From contig JBNZDD010013673.1 of NCBI GenBank assembly GCA_050575255.1, positions 3,712,194 through 3,776,193 of the forward strand: DNA of 64,000 nt, written 5' to 3'. Under the pieces are notes generated by a model, which saw only the letters and a list, made by a program, of their open reading frames with translations, ran no database searches and was not told the DNA's origin. The DNA comes from Harriotta raleighana (lineage: Eukaryota). Shown here piece after piece: positions 1 to 12,420 of this stretch; positions within the stretch are counted from its first letter, which is position 1; each line of letters starts with the position of its first letter. A program made the position numbers and the translations under genes.

Positions 1-535
1 CTGGCTCTTGAGTGAGCGGAGGTGAGTGGTAAACCAGGGGTAGGAGCGAGAGTAAGAGACAGTACGGGAGGTGAGGGGGGCAAGAGTGTCGAGTGTGGAG
101 GAGAGGGTGTTGTGGAGGAGGGTGAGGGCAGAAGTGGGGTCAGTGAGGGATGAGGGCCAGAGGGAGAGGAGTTCAGAGGACTCCAAGGCAGCGGTCAAAG
201 AATGTGGGGGTAGCTTTTTCCGGGGGTGATAGAAGATGGTGGTGGGTCTGGTGGAAGTGGGAAGAGGTGTGGAGCTTAAGATAGAGATGAAGTGATGGTC
301 AGAGATAGCCTTGTCAGTAATGGTGACATCCGAGACATTGAGGCCCCAGATGATCACCAGGTCGAGTGGGTGACCGTGGACATGAGTGGCGGAGTTGATG
401 TGGAGGGAGAGGTTGAGCGAGGAGAGGAGGGCGGAAAAGTCAGAGGAGGTGGAGCAGGAGGGGGTGAAGTGCAGGTTGAAGTCGCCCAGGATGATGAGGC
501 GATCAGTGCAGAGGCAGAGAGATGTTAGGAGGGTA
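1..535 (-). mobile_element. L2-type LINE ORF2 endonuclease fragment
   Basis: Minus strand encodes PTHVHGHPLDL followed by ISDHHFI, the C-terminal APE motifs of L2/CR1 ORF2. Confidence 0.8.
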
Positions 536-2789
536 GAAATCCCAGAAATGAAACAAAAATTGTTCCAAGGAACAAAGTTATCTGTTTAGGTGTTTGTTTT
601 CTAGCCAAATCGCTGAATACAATGAAATACAAACCACAGTCACTCCACCACAGATCAGGTGATTCACACCAGCAAGCTTGATTCAAATCATTGTCGGTGC
701 CACCTGTCCACCATGGGATGTACTGCATTCAATACAGAAGTGAGTGACCAAAATACAACAAAACTGCTTCCATTTAGAATAAATGCAAGAATTGCAAGAA
801 TATAATGTACATCAGGCGTGGGGTGATAAACGTTGATAAATGAAACTCCCAAGGCTTTGCTACCATAGTTTATGATGTAATCTGAGCCTCCGGATTCATT
901 GCTGCCTTTGCAACAAACTCCAGCTCATATGTTATCCAATATAATGTTACATGGTGTGCAGTGCCCCTGTAAGATGCATTCAAATAAAACCTAATACTCG
1001 GCTAAAATCTCATGATTTATTTGCAGATTCTTTTTTCCCCTGTTGCTGTCTACCATGATATGCTTAACACACTTGCCCAAGAACAGAATAAAAAGTTTAA
1101 CAAAGCTCCTTTTGTGATTCAACTATAGCCAGAAAGGCCTACAGGTTATTTCACTGATCCAGGTCTTGTTAGCTAATTTCAGCTGTCACAGCAATGGGGA
1201 TACTATGGTGAGCCTTCAGCCCTAGACTACATAGAGGAAAAATAACAAGGGTTTGGCTCTATTATCAATACTCAATGCCTCTTCCTCTCCCTTCCCAGTG
1301 AAAAATGCACATAAGGTCAGGGTTAGGCTTCACTGGTTCAATTGCTTGCCAAAACCAACATTCCAGGCTTTCTCATAAACTCACTTGGGTGATCCAGCAG
1401 TGACTGCTGCTAACGCTGTGAAATTTACTGCAGCGTCATTCATCACTTTCGGGAAAGGGGAATTAAAGGAAGAAATTTGAGAAAAAACTAGCAGGGGGGA
1501 GGGGGACAAGAAAGGAGAAAGGCTAAAAGACAAATAAATTCTACTTGAATATATTGTGTAGAATTGGATGGACAACATTTACTCGGACACCTACAAAATA
1601 ATATTGTGTCTGTGTCAAGGCCTTAACATTCTTGGGGGTTCGACCTGGATAGTGAGTTGTCTCCTTTAATGTTTTTTGTGTATTGTGACAATCCAATTTA
1701 ACCCAAGTGATTTTAGGATCGCGTAGATTTCAGCACCAAAAGATTTCTGATAATTAAAAGGGACAGACTTATTGTGTATGGGGCAGTGTTTGGCAAACTT
1801 TTTCCTGTTTATTAAACATTCAGATGCAAATCACGTCAAGGCATGTGGCTAGCATTGTGCCAAAAATGACATACAGTTGGTTCATCTGCTTCCCTAACAA
1901 AGATACAAAATCCCCAGCTGCGTCCTCTCTTGTAGCAGCAACTTCAAAGGGGTTATGAGGATGATGTCAAATTTGGTAAGGCCACTGAATTTCAAACCTG
2001 CCAATCACATGCTGCTATAGGATGTGGGGAGAACAGGAGGCGCATTGTCATTTGATCAATGATGTGCCAAGGTTGTGCTGGGACCATGAAATGGGAATAA
2101 TGTTACGCTTACATTTTAGAAAATGTTTCGATTGCACAAGTCTGGTGATAGCTCCAAAATGCTGTCAATTAGACTGTTGGGATTTTTATGAATTCAAACA
2201 GATATGCTGGTAATGTGCAAGTCAATCAACAGCAGAAAGATCAAGATGTTTTGTGAACATTTCTAGACTGCCTACTCACAAATTTGGTGATAGCTCCAAG
2301 GAGTGTCACTTTTTAAAATATGAATAGAAATGCATTACAGGTTTGGTCAAAAAGATAGACATTTCACATGTGATCACTGGGTGGGACTTGCCTTCAAACC
2401 ATAACCTTTCTTTTTCAGTTGCTTGCCTTCAAACCTTAACCTTTCAGATTCAGTTGTTTCCAACATTTTCTTATTTTATTTCAGCACCCAAGCATGTTTT
2501 TTTTCTGTTTTATCTTGTTTTCTTTATGCTTGATACAGAAAAGGACATTTGACAATTTTGATTTTGACCCAGGTTAAAAGTGTTCTTATGAAAAGAGGCA
2601 GCACATAAACAAGTATTACTTTGGTATGTCTTGACTTATACAACAACAAAAGACAATAAAATTACATTTGTAGAATCCCTTTGACGTTGGGAGGATGTCC
2701 CAAGGTGCTGGATTAAAAAAAAGCCAAAATAACTACTTTTTCATACATTGTTCACTTGTTGTGCATTTCAAACCTAATGTAACAATTCT

Positions 2790-3370
2790 TACTTTGAAAT
2801 TAGCATACTTCAGCTCAGGAGGACTTTTCAAAATGCTTGACATGAAAGTGTAATAATTGTCTTATTTTTTATGTGGAAACGCAGCATCAAATTTGCACAC
2901 AGCAATGTCCAACACACAGCCAAAAAGTAAATGACTGGGCAATTGTAAACCATTTTCTATTCGAACAATGCGTCAGTATCTTTAAAGTCCACCTGAACTG
3001 GCAAATGTTTTAATAATAATCCTTGCATTTGATATTGCGCTTCTCACGTCTTCGAGATGTCTCAAAGTGCTTCACAGAATACCGTGTAAAGTGAAATTGA
3101 CGGTATATATGGGTGAAATGCAGCAGCCAATGCAAACAGCAGTGTCCCACAAACAATGACCAATTTTTGAAAGACCAATTTTTTTTGAGGGATTATTATC
3201 AGGTGTGTGGAGTAAAGAAACTTGCCCAAGATTTCTTCTTACCTGGAAATAAACCCATTTTTCTTGCTTGAAGGGTGAGTACTCTAACAGGACTCCACAT
3301 TCCTAACATCTTACCTGAAGGATGCCATCTCGATCAATGCAGTCTTCCCCCAGCCTGATTTGGATGTGGG
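2790..3370 (-). mobile_element. Old Deu-domain (SacSINE1/AmnSINE-like) SINE remnant, interrupted by a younger SINE
   Basis: gcagcatcaaatttgcacacagcaatgtcc (Deu core, reverse) left of 3011 and taacatcttacctgaaggatgccatctcgatcaatgcag right of 3296. Confidence 0.6.
3011..3296 (-). mobile_element. tRNA-derived Deu-domain SINE, near full length
   Basis: taataatccttgcatttgat tail, cagcagtgtcccacaaaca core, aacttgcccaag and decayed tRNA head; colinear with the 62120-62444 copy. Confidence 0.8.
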
Positions 3371-3567
3371 GGAAGGAGTTTATGTGTGTGGGGGTGTGTC
3401 TTTTTTTGTATCTGATCTGCCCCAGTGAAAGAGAACCTCTACTTACCTACAACAACAAAATTACATTTTTAGAGCACCTTTCACGTTTGGATGGACAGTA
3501 AGTAGGAACTGAATTGGTGGATCGCTTCATCCCTTGGAAAAACAATTATTTAAAAAATTAATAATGT

Positions 3568-3893
3568 GATCACTTCAATCCATCACTGTGACTGTTTGTG
3601 GGACACCATTTGCGCAATTGTCTGCTGCGCTTCGCCCACAAAATGTGCAGTCACTATACTTTACAGTATACGCTGTCAAGTGCTTTGGAGGCGCTAGGTC
3701 AAATGCAAGGAATGACGGCAGCAATGATGACGAATGATGGACCATTACTATCGAAATCGGCTGCCACATTTCGCCCACAAAATAAAGTCACTATTACACT
3801 GTACAGTATATTCCGTGAAGCGCTTTGAGACATCCGGAAGACGTGAGAAGCCGCTATATCAAATATAAGGATCTTTATTATTATTATTATTAA
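3568..3893 (+). mobile_element. Deu-domain SINE 3' part(s) with (ATT)n tail
   Basis: tgtttgtgggacac...gcgcaattg core; gtgaagcgctttgagacatc...gctatatcaaat...attattatt tail. Confidence 0.8.
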
Positions 3894-3959
3894 TATGATC
3901 CCACCCAGAGTGTACAGAGCCACAGTCAGTCTGGGATCATGGAGCGATGTAGCGAATAA

Positions 3960-4790
3960 GGCAACAGGGGGCAGTGACGTGTATGGTCGTGCCACGTGAC
4001 GGCGAGGTGTCATCGGGGGATCCCGGCATGCAGCGCGCCAGGCGGCAGAGCGGTCACGTGACGGCGAGGAGACGGGGTAGCGGGGATCCCGGCATGCAGC
4101 GCGTCTGGGCGGTCACGTGATGCGCTCTCCCTGGTTACCAGCTGTTCCTGCTCCTAAAATGGCGTCGGTATGACTTTTTTCCTCGGGGTGGGGGCGTGTG
4201 TTTGTGTGTTTTATTTTCAAAAAGGTCGTCGGGGTGTTTGTTTTAACACACACATCCAACACAACAAAACCTCACCATGATCCTCAGAGTGACGTTGAAT
4301 CTGTGGTTATCATGAATCCATTAGGATTTTGGCGCCAGGCGCGGAAACCGGGAGTTTTTTCTCCTTTGACGGTGCTGAGGAGGAGCGGCCTGGTCTAGTG
4401 TTTTTTTTAAAACCCGGTCACCCGTCTTCGCACCTCCCCACTCCCTCCATCCCTCCCTCCTTTACTCATCCAACCTCCTCCCCCTACACACACACACTCC
4501 CTCCTCTCCTCCCGGCGTTGGGAGTAAAATGTGTGGCAATGGAATGGCTCCGGCCCTAGGACTCGATTGAAGGTAAATCTCACCTGTTTTGGGGGATCGG
4601 GTCTGTCTCTTGTTGCCCCGGGGAGGGGGAAAGGGACGCGGCGGAGACCAGCTTGTTGTGTGTGGGGGGGGCGGGGGTGGGTATGAAACGGGCGTCTTGG
4701 CCATAGTTCGTTTGAGCGGTGGTCTGAGCTCGTTATTATTGTTTTATGTGAAGCCAGGTCGCAGCCCAACAGTTTCATTTCACTTATCAC
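3960..4790 (+). promoter_or_regulatory. CpG island / AFF4 main promoter
   Basis: Abrupt CpG enrichment; CACGTG at 3993, 4055 and 4114; two TCCCGGCATGCAGCGCG ZNF143-like sites; YY1-like AAAATGGCG near 4156. Confidence 0.75.
4300..4572 (+). other. AFF4: Putative non-coding exon 1 of AFF4 (start approximate)
   Basis: Lies in the CpG island and ends in donor GAAG|GTAAAT at 4572/4573; no transcript evidence available. Confidence 0.55.
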
Positions 4791-4819
4791 CCTCTATCCG
4801 CCTCGCACTCTTCTCCCCC

Positions 4820-5465
4820 CATTGTGTGTCTCTCTCTCGTCTCCCTCCCTCATCTTTCTCATTCCCCCCAACTCTCTCTTCTATCCCCTCCAATCATCTC
4901 TCCCTTGTCTCTCTCCCCCCTTCCCTGCTTATATCTCTCCCCCTTCCTTGCCTATCTCTCTCCCCCTCCCTTGTCTTCTCCTTGTCTCTCTCCCCCTCCC
5001 TTGTCTCCCCCCGTCTCTCTCCCCCTTCCTTGTCTCCCTCCGTCTCTCTCCCACTCCTCTCTCCCGCTTCCTTGTCGTCGTCCCAGTCCCCCATCTCCCT
5101 TGTCTTCCCCCCATCTCTCTCCCAACCTCCCTTGTCTTCCCCCTGTCACTCTCTCACCTCCCTTGTTCCCCCCACATCTCTCCTTCCCGTCACTCCCTCC
5201 TCCCTTATCTCCCCCCACCACCAGCTCCATAATATAATTTTATTGTTCTCCCCCCTTGTCTTCCCCCCCACCCTTGAGTCTTCACCCCCCCACCCTGTAC
5301 CTTCCCCATCGTCTCTCCCCCTCGACGTTCCCCTGTCTCCTCCCCCCTCCCCCGTCTGTCTCCCCCTCCCCGTCTGTCTTCCCCCCCACCTCCCCGTCTC
5401 TCCCTCCCCCGTCTCTCCCTCCTCCCCCTGTCTCTTCCCCGTCTCTCTCCCTGCCCCCACAGTCT
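4820..5465. repeat. Pyrimidine-rich (CT/CCT) low-complexity tract
   Basis: Degenerate ccttgtctctctcccc units; source of spurious Pro/Ser/Leu and Gly/Arg/Glu ORFs. Confidence 0.9.
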
Positions 5466-5574
5466 NGCACCCGCCCAAAGCTGTTTAGCTCCTGCCCAAG
5501 TCAAGAAAAACACGCCCAATTGGGCGTGAACCCGCCCAACCCTGGCCACATTGGGGAGTGGGGGGGGGAGGTCT

Positions 5575-5765
5575 GAAAATGACGCATGCGCAGAGCACTT
5601 CCTTGTTTTGCCACGTGACCGGCGTCTCGAGAGCGGCGCGAGAGCAACCGTCGGTCTGCCGCGAGAGTCGAGCAACCGACACACCGACCTGACCGCGCGC
5701 CAGCCAACGGCTGACTCCCACAGAAACCTGACTGACTCCTTCCCTGCCTCTTGTGGCCGATCTCC
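5575..5765 (+). promoter_or_regulatory. Second CpG-rich promoter-like module
   Basis: NRF1-like CGCATGCGCA 5583-5592, ETS-like CACTTCCT 5596-5603, E-box CACGTG 5612-5617, dense CpG. Confidence 0.5.
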
Positions 5766-6080
5766 TCTCACTCACTTAACTGTTTCTTCTTTTCCCTCCT
5801 CCCTCCCTCCCTCCCTCCCTCTTCTTCTCCCCCCTCATCTCTCACCCTCCTCCATTATCTCTCCCCGTCATCCCTTGTTTCCTTACCCCGTCTATCGTTT
5901 CTCTCCCCTCTTATCCACCCCCCCACCGTCTCCCTTTTCTCCCCCCTCCGTTTCTTTCTTCTCTCCCACCTGCGATCTCTCTCCCCCCCACCCCACCCTA
6001 TTCGTGTGTCTCTTTTCTCTCTCCCGTCTCTCCTTTCCTTCCCCCCCCCCAACCACATATCTTCTCTCCCCTCCCCCAGT
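5765..6080. repeat. Pyrimidine-rich low-complexity tract
   Basis: Almost exclusively C/T on the + strand. Confidence 0.85.
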
Positions 6081-8204
6081 TTAGTGGATATTTTCAAAAC
6101 AATTTTTAAACGATTTGTAAACTTTCTGCCTGTGTGTGTGTGTGTTTATCTTCGACATGTTGTCTGGCTGGTTGGGGGAGGGAGAGAGGCTTCCATTTCT
6201 CTTTCCCTTCTCGCCCAGTCTCATGGTGATGGATTTAATGTTTAAAATGTTCTTTTTAAAATCTGTTGGGAGGAGTCGCAACATTTAAAAAAAATTAGCC
6301 CCGACGTCAGGTCGGCCGAACCCTTTTGTTCTGACCGATGTGGTGGGGGGGGAGCGGCCACCCGGGAGTTGTTGTCCTTCCTGACAATCTGCTTGGTTGA
6401 AAGCAACGAGAGCCCCCGACAATAAAAACTACAAATCCCTGACAAAGTCTGTCCCTGGTTAGGATTGTGGGTATTAATAGGATTAGTTGTGTATTTTCTT
6501 GGAAAAGCAACGGAAGAATGTATCGCAGGGTATTTTTTTTTCCTCTTAATGGGATTTTTTTTCCGCCTGTACAGTCCACATCCGATGGCTAGTGGTTGAG
6601 GTACCCTCACTGTCAATCGAGGTTTGTGTTTTAATGTTTTTTTAAAAAACGTTTTTATATCTTGTTCTCGGGGTGGCCTCCGTATATATATATTTTCGAG
6701 TGTATGCGTTTGTTTCATCGAGTGAAGTGAACGACAGTTCTGGATTCCATTTGCTTTAGTTGTTGCGAGAGCTTGGACACAGTATATATNTTCCATTTGC
6801 TTTAGTTGTTGCGAGAGCTTGGACACATTGATGAGTCTTGTGAAACTTGTGTGTTTATGTAGCTTGATTATGTGGTCGTCAACAAACGCAGATGTAGCCG
6901 AATCTTTGCCTTTTCTTTACACTTAAAATTATTTTTGCATATCCTGAGAAAGATATTTATCTTAAATATCTGAAGTGCAAGATTTGTAATCTACAAGTGT
7001 GCATCGTTTAAGATGTACAGTACTGAGCTTTCTTATCTATATCATCAAGCAATTGGTGCACTAACTAAAATATTTTAGAGCGTTTGACTGATGGTAATCG
7101 TTGCTGATAATAATAATATTCAGCATTATTATGTTTTTGTTCTAAATAAATATTTTGATTACATAATAAAATTTACTGTTGCATTGGTGGGGCCAGTGTC
7201 TGCTTCTATTGTGATTTCGATTGAATTTAGCCAAAGCCTAAATAGAGATCACAAAGAACTCGGAAATATAGGGATATATAAACACTCACTGTAGTGTGGG
7301 TTTATTCACTTCACTTTGGTAAATTCTGTCAAATGTTTTGAGACATTTTGACAAAGTAATAAGGCTTGTTTCATATGCAAATGTTATCATTAGTTTTAAT
7401 TTACCACTATTTATTGTTTCTATTCCTTTACATTACATAAAATATTGTCTTAAAATTGTTTCTTGCAATAACATTTCAGAAGTCCATTTTAGGAACATTG
7501 TAGATAGTGTTGTATATAGATGGAGTGGAGTATCAGTTCATTTGCTTATGCCTGTGTTCTCATATTTTATAGTTTAAAGTTAAGGTCAGAGGCCTAGTGA
7601 CAGCAGACATTTTGTATCTCTATAGTGATAGTAAATAAACCTTGATGAGCATTCTCGTTGGTTGAATGAGACTTGATGTTGGCACAAATTGTCTTTTCCC
7701 AGACACTCTGTACATTTTTGGAAAGAATAATAAATGGATTCTGTTATAACAATAGGTATTACATAGTACTCCTTTAGTACAGTAACTAGAATAGACAAAT
7801 TGAAATAGTGTTCATAGTTTGGCAGCCCAGAATTGGTCTCAAGGCACAAAACATTTATTCAAAGACCCGTCTGCGTCAGTGCAACAGATTAATGAGTGAG
7901 TGCAGATTACTCACATGCTGAAAAATAATTGCTGGGGGCTGATTGAATGGCATTGCTTTGACAGAGACATTTGTGTGGAGTCTGATTCAACTATTTTCCC
8001 CTTCACACTTCGTAGGTGGTTCCTACGCATCTGTAATGTTACTGGACTAGCAACTCAAAAGTCATGGGTTAAAATCTTGCAATGGAAGTTGTGTAATTAG
8101 AATTTTAGAAATTAGTTATTGACCTAGATCAGAAAAATTCCACAAAACTGCCAGATTGCTGTAAAATTCTTAACTTGTTCACTAATAATAGTAATACTTG
8201 CGTT

Positions 8205-9340
8205 ATTGTCCACTGTCATCCACCTCAGTGGGACTGCACTTGCCTGGTTCGAGTCCTACCTCACAAACCACCACCACTACATTTCTGCATATGGTTCTTT
8301 CGCCTGGTCACCTGCGGAGTATCCCAAGGATCCATCCTTGGTCCCCTTTCTCTTCCTCATCTTCATGCTCTTTCTCAGTGATGTCATGATAACACTAGAT
8401 TAACTTTCACATATTTGCGGTTGACACCCAACTCTACTTTTCAACCTCCGGTTGCACCCCAAGTCCCCTGATGTTCTGTCAGCTTGTCTGTGAGATATAA
8501 AGAGCTGGATGAGTACAAATTTCCTGCAGTTAAATGTCAACAAGACAAAAGTCATACTCTGGCTCCCATCGACTTATTCTGTCTCATGATTCCAACCTCC
8601 TCAAACTACCCGAGCTGTCCTTACAACTCTCCGAAACCGTGTGCAACTTAGGTTCCATCCTCAATTATCCTTACTCTCCCATATCCAGTCCCTCACCAGC
8701 ACCACATTCTTCCATCCCCACTGCATTGCCTGTCTCCGTCAATACCTCATCCCAAAAGCTGTTGAAACCCTGGTCCATATCTTTGTCACCTCTCGGCTGG
8801 ACTACTCAGAATGCCTTCCTTGCCAGTCTCACCTCCTCCACCATTCATAAAATTCAGTGCACCCACATTCTCACCTGCAACAAACTTCGTACCCTGTTTA
8901 TCCCAGTTCTTACCTAACTCAGAGCAGATTGACTTCAAGATCCTCACTCATGTTTAAATCCACTCTTGTATATAAACCTACCCCCCTCTCTACTTCTCTA
9001 ATCTCTCCTTATAGCAGTACCTCTGCTCTATTGTGTGTAGCCTCCTCCTTGTCCCCTGAATCCTCCGCTCCACCATTGGTGGACGAGCTACCACTACACC
9101 GAAACTTTGGAATTTTCAACCCCTTTGCCTCACCCGCTCCTCACCCCTCATCAGATTGTGCCTGAAGACCTTTCTCTTCGACTGCGCTTACGGTCAGCTT
9201 CCCCCTCCCCCTGGCTTGGCCTTGGGCTTCGCTATTGTGAAGCGTTCTGAGTTGCCGTCCGACATGGAGGGCGCTATATAAATCAAAGTTGTTGTTGTTG
9301 AAATGCCCAGCATGGAGGGGGCTATATAAATGCAAGTTGC
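8205..9340 (+). mobile_element. Degenerate 5'-truncated L2 LINE (RT and 3' end)
   Basis: GVSQGSILGP, a decayed (Y)ADDTQLY-like motif and VTSRLDY; stops and frameshifts; gcgctatataaatcaaag(ttg)n tail, which is duplicated. Confidence 0.88.
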
Positions 9341-10415
9341 TATTACATTTGATGTAGCACTTTAAAATGCCTTAGAGACATCTCGGAAAGTGCTTTACAG
9401 AATATACTGTCCGTCAGTTGTATCATACCATTGAATATCAATGGCTTTAAAAGGAAGGTCCACTAGTAATCTCTCAGCACAACCAGAGAATGGGCAATAA
9501 ATGCTGGTCCTACTAATGTCACCCAATTTCTGAAATGAAAATTGTGAGCCATAGAAACATAAGAAAACCAGAATATTCAGTTTGTTGGCCTGTTTCCATC
9601 AGTTTTAGATCTTGACACATTGTTCAATCCAAATTCCTTCCCTTTTGCCATACTATATAATATCTGTGGTATCCTAGTCTCTCGTAAACCTCCCTATTGA
9701 TTCACTATTGATCTCTATTGAGACCATGTTTATCAGGGGAAAAATCACAAAGCACTCATGAGGTATGCACAAGAGCAGTAAATGGTACAGGAAGGTAAAT
9801 CTTAACCATTACTTTAACGTAAAACGAATAGAAGAATCAGAAGATTAAAATGGTGAACAGACTTCTGGGAAAATATATTTTTCAAATACATGTCTAGTTG
9901 CCATGGTAGGAGAGTTAATGCACCATGGGAGTGAGTTTGTTGGGCAAGAGGGGCCTTTTTTCAATCTGAGTCATGTCCTCTCCCAATGTTGCATCATGAA
10001 TATTTTCAAATAGTGCTGGGCAACATTCATGATCAGGAATCCAAGCTGATGATTGCCATCTGTGTATTTGAGATCAGTGAATAAATATGTTTCTGCGGAA
10101 CATTAACAGCAATCAGCAATATGATTTTGTTCTGAAACCCATTGAGTTATGATTGCACAGCTACCTAAACATTAGTCTGAGGTTTATTGTGTCTTATTAT
10201 TTTACTATTTTACTGTACTTAGTATTCTGGCTTACCGAGGATGTTTAAAGTACAATACAAAATTACATTTGTAAAGCCCCTTTCAAGTTGGGAGGACATC
10301 CCAAACTAGTGGTTTGAGAAACCACCTTTATGACATCACAATATTAATCTATCTGAGGGGAGTTTCATTTGGCTTACAAAAAGAATCTTACGAGTTAGAT
10401 TAACTAATAATAATA

Positions 10416-10973
10416 CAGTAAAAGCCCGTGTATCCGGCACCCGTGGGACCTGGCCAGTGCCATTTAAATGGCTTGCCAGTTAAACGGTCGGATCCGACGC
10501 CGAAATTCCCTCCCCCCAAAAAAAAGTTAATTAAAAATTATTTTAACATACCATATTAATAATAGACTAAATAATAGCCTAAATAATAGCAGATAATAAC
10601 AGAATATTGTATGGGTACTTTATTGTAAATGTTGTACACTTTCCCATATTAATAATGGACTAAATACACTAATAACAGATACTGTAATAATAGAATATTG
10701 TATTATTGTATTAGTACTTTATTATTCATACTTAACTTCTGCAATGGTGGCCGCCACGGGTGGAAAAATAAACGGCAGCGTGAGTTTCAGGTTTTACTAG
10801 CGGCAAGCCAAAATACCTGTACAGTACTCTCTTGCGATAGTCGATTCATTAAATGCTCCCCCGTTATTCTGCTGGATAACTTCTGGTTTATCGGATGAGG
10901 ACATTTTTTTTTTGACTTGTCGGTTAAACGGAAGTTCTGGTTCATCGAGTCACGTATAAACAGATTTTTAATA
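10416..10973. mobile_element. Non-autonomous Tc1/mariner (Tigger/pogo-like) MITE, family A
   Basis: TA+cagtaaaagcccgtgtatccgg left end, decayed right TIR; internal sequence shared with the 32229 and 35074 copies. Confidence 0.8.
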
Positions 10974-11230
10974 TAATAATGATAAACATGATAATCCTTG
11001 CATTTGATGCAGCGATATTTAACAATTTAGAGAGGATGAATTAAGAAATTTGTATTATTAAATTGTCACAGTATAAATATTATGGAAAGGCTACTTATAA
11101 TTTCTAACTTTGTTCATCTGCTTTCTGAGTGATAGTCAGCCCAGAAGCAAATACATTGTATTCTCGCAGGAAGTTCTGCCCCATTGACATGAATGAAGAA
11201 TGATGCTAGCAATTTGCCATTCCTAGTCAT

Positions 11231-12043
11231 ACAACAGTAGCAAAATTTCATTTATATAGTGCCTTTCACATCAGGAGGACGTTCCACAATGCTAGGCACA
11301 CAGTATTGCGGACCCTAGCTGGGGCATCGGCATTGGGAAGGTTGGAGGGCAGGGGTGGGGAAAGGAGGTTGATTGAAGAGGAGGGCCTTGAAGGAGGCAG
11401 GGGATGGTACGGGCGGTGGGTTTGCTGGATGAAGTTCCACAGAGTGGGGGCAGAGTGGCTGAAGGCCCATCTGCCAGTTGTGAGGCGGGGGAAGTGGGGG
11501 ACATTAAGTAGGCTGGAGCCCACTGAGCAGAGGAGCAGACAGGTTTGAAGTGAGTTAGGTTAGGAGATTGCAAGGCCTTGGGAGGGCTTCGAAGGTAAGG
11601 ACCAGGATCTTGAACTGTATCCTTTGTGTGATGAGAAGCCAGTGGAGTTGTGCGAGGATGGGGATGATAGGGTCACAGAGCCTAGTGTGGGAGAGGACAA
11701 GGGCTGCAGAGTTCTGGATGATTTGGAGGAGTTGGGGAGGCTGACAAGCAACCAATGCCGGGTAATGTTGCGGATGTGACAGAAGGCAGCACAGATCATG
11801 GCAAGGATGTGGGGGTAGAAAGAATGGTTGAGGGTTGAACAAGACAAGAAGGTTCCAGACTGGCTTAGTAAGATGGAGTGAAATCCATGGATGATGATGC
11901 TGTCAGTGGCTGAGGTGTGGAGATGCTGATGGGAGTCAATCGGGAGGGCCTTGTTGATATTTAATTGAAGAAAGTTTACTCTCATCCAGGACTTAATGTC
12001 TGACAGACATTCTGTCAAGACAGCAGTGGTCCTGGAGTTGAGG
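11231..12043 (-). mobile_element. L2 LINE 3' fragment
   Basis: Minus ORFs ECLSDIKSWMRVNFLQLN, LQIIQNSAA, LHWL...RIQFKIL, GRWAFSHSAPTLWN; L2 tail. Confidence 0.9.
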
Positions 12044-12275
12044 ATCGTATTTTACAAGAGAAAATATCCACAATGTTTGGTCTGAGCCAGCATCAAACCA
12101 ATACGATAGTGCTCAAACAATTATGAAACATTGAAGATATATATTCTCTGTGCATTGAAGAATATGGGACAATTCAGGAGATATTTAATCCATTTTGCAA
12201 AATATTATTTTTCAAATACTATGTGTTGTTTGTGCTTGTGGCCCACCGTGCTCTTCAAGGTATTCTTAAAAAAAA

Positions 12276-12420
12276 ATCCTTGCATTTGATATAGCGTTTT
12301 ATCACATCTTCGAGATGTCTGAAAGTACTTCACAGGGCAATATACAGTGTAGTGACTGTATATGTTGTGGGCAAAACGTGGCAGCCAAATGCACATTGCA
12401 ATGTTCCACAAGCATTTGTA
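12276..12420 (-). mobile_element. Deu-domain SINE 3' fragment
   Basis: aatccttgcatttgatatagcg...ggcagccaaatgcacattgcaatgttccaca. Confidence 0.75.

Noticed and set aside
4589-6245. Long Pro/Ser/Leu-rich and Gly/Arg/Glu-rich ORFs (up to 299 aa)
   Set aside because: Products of the C/T low-complexity tracts, which lack stop codons; no domain signal
6745-6827. 37-bp direct repeat flanking an N at 6790
   Set aside because: Same signature as an unmerged contig overlap; not a biological repeat or CRISPR-like unit
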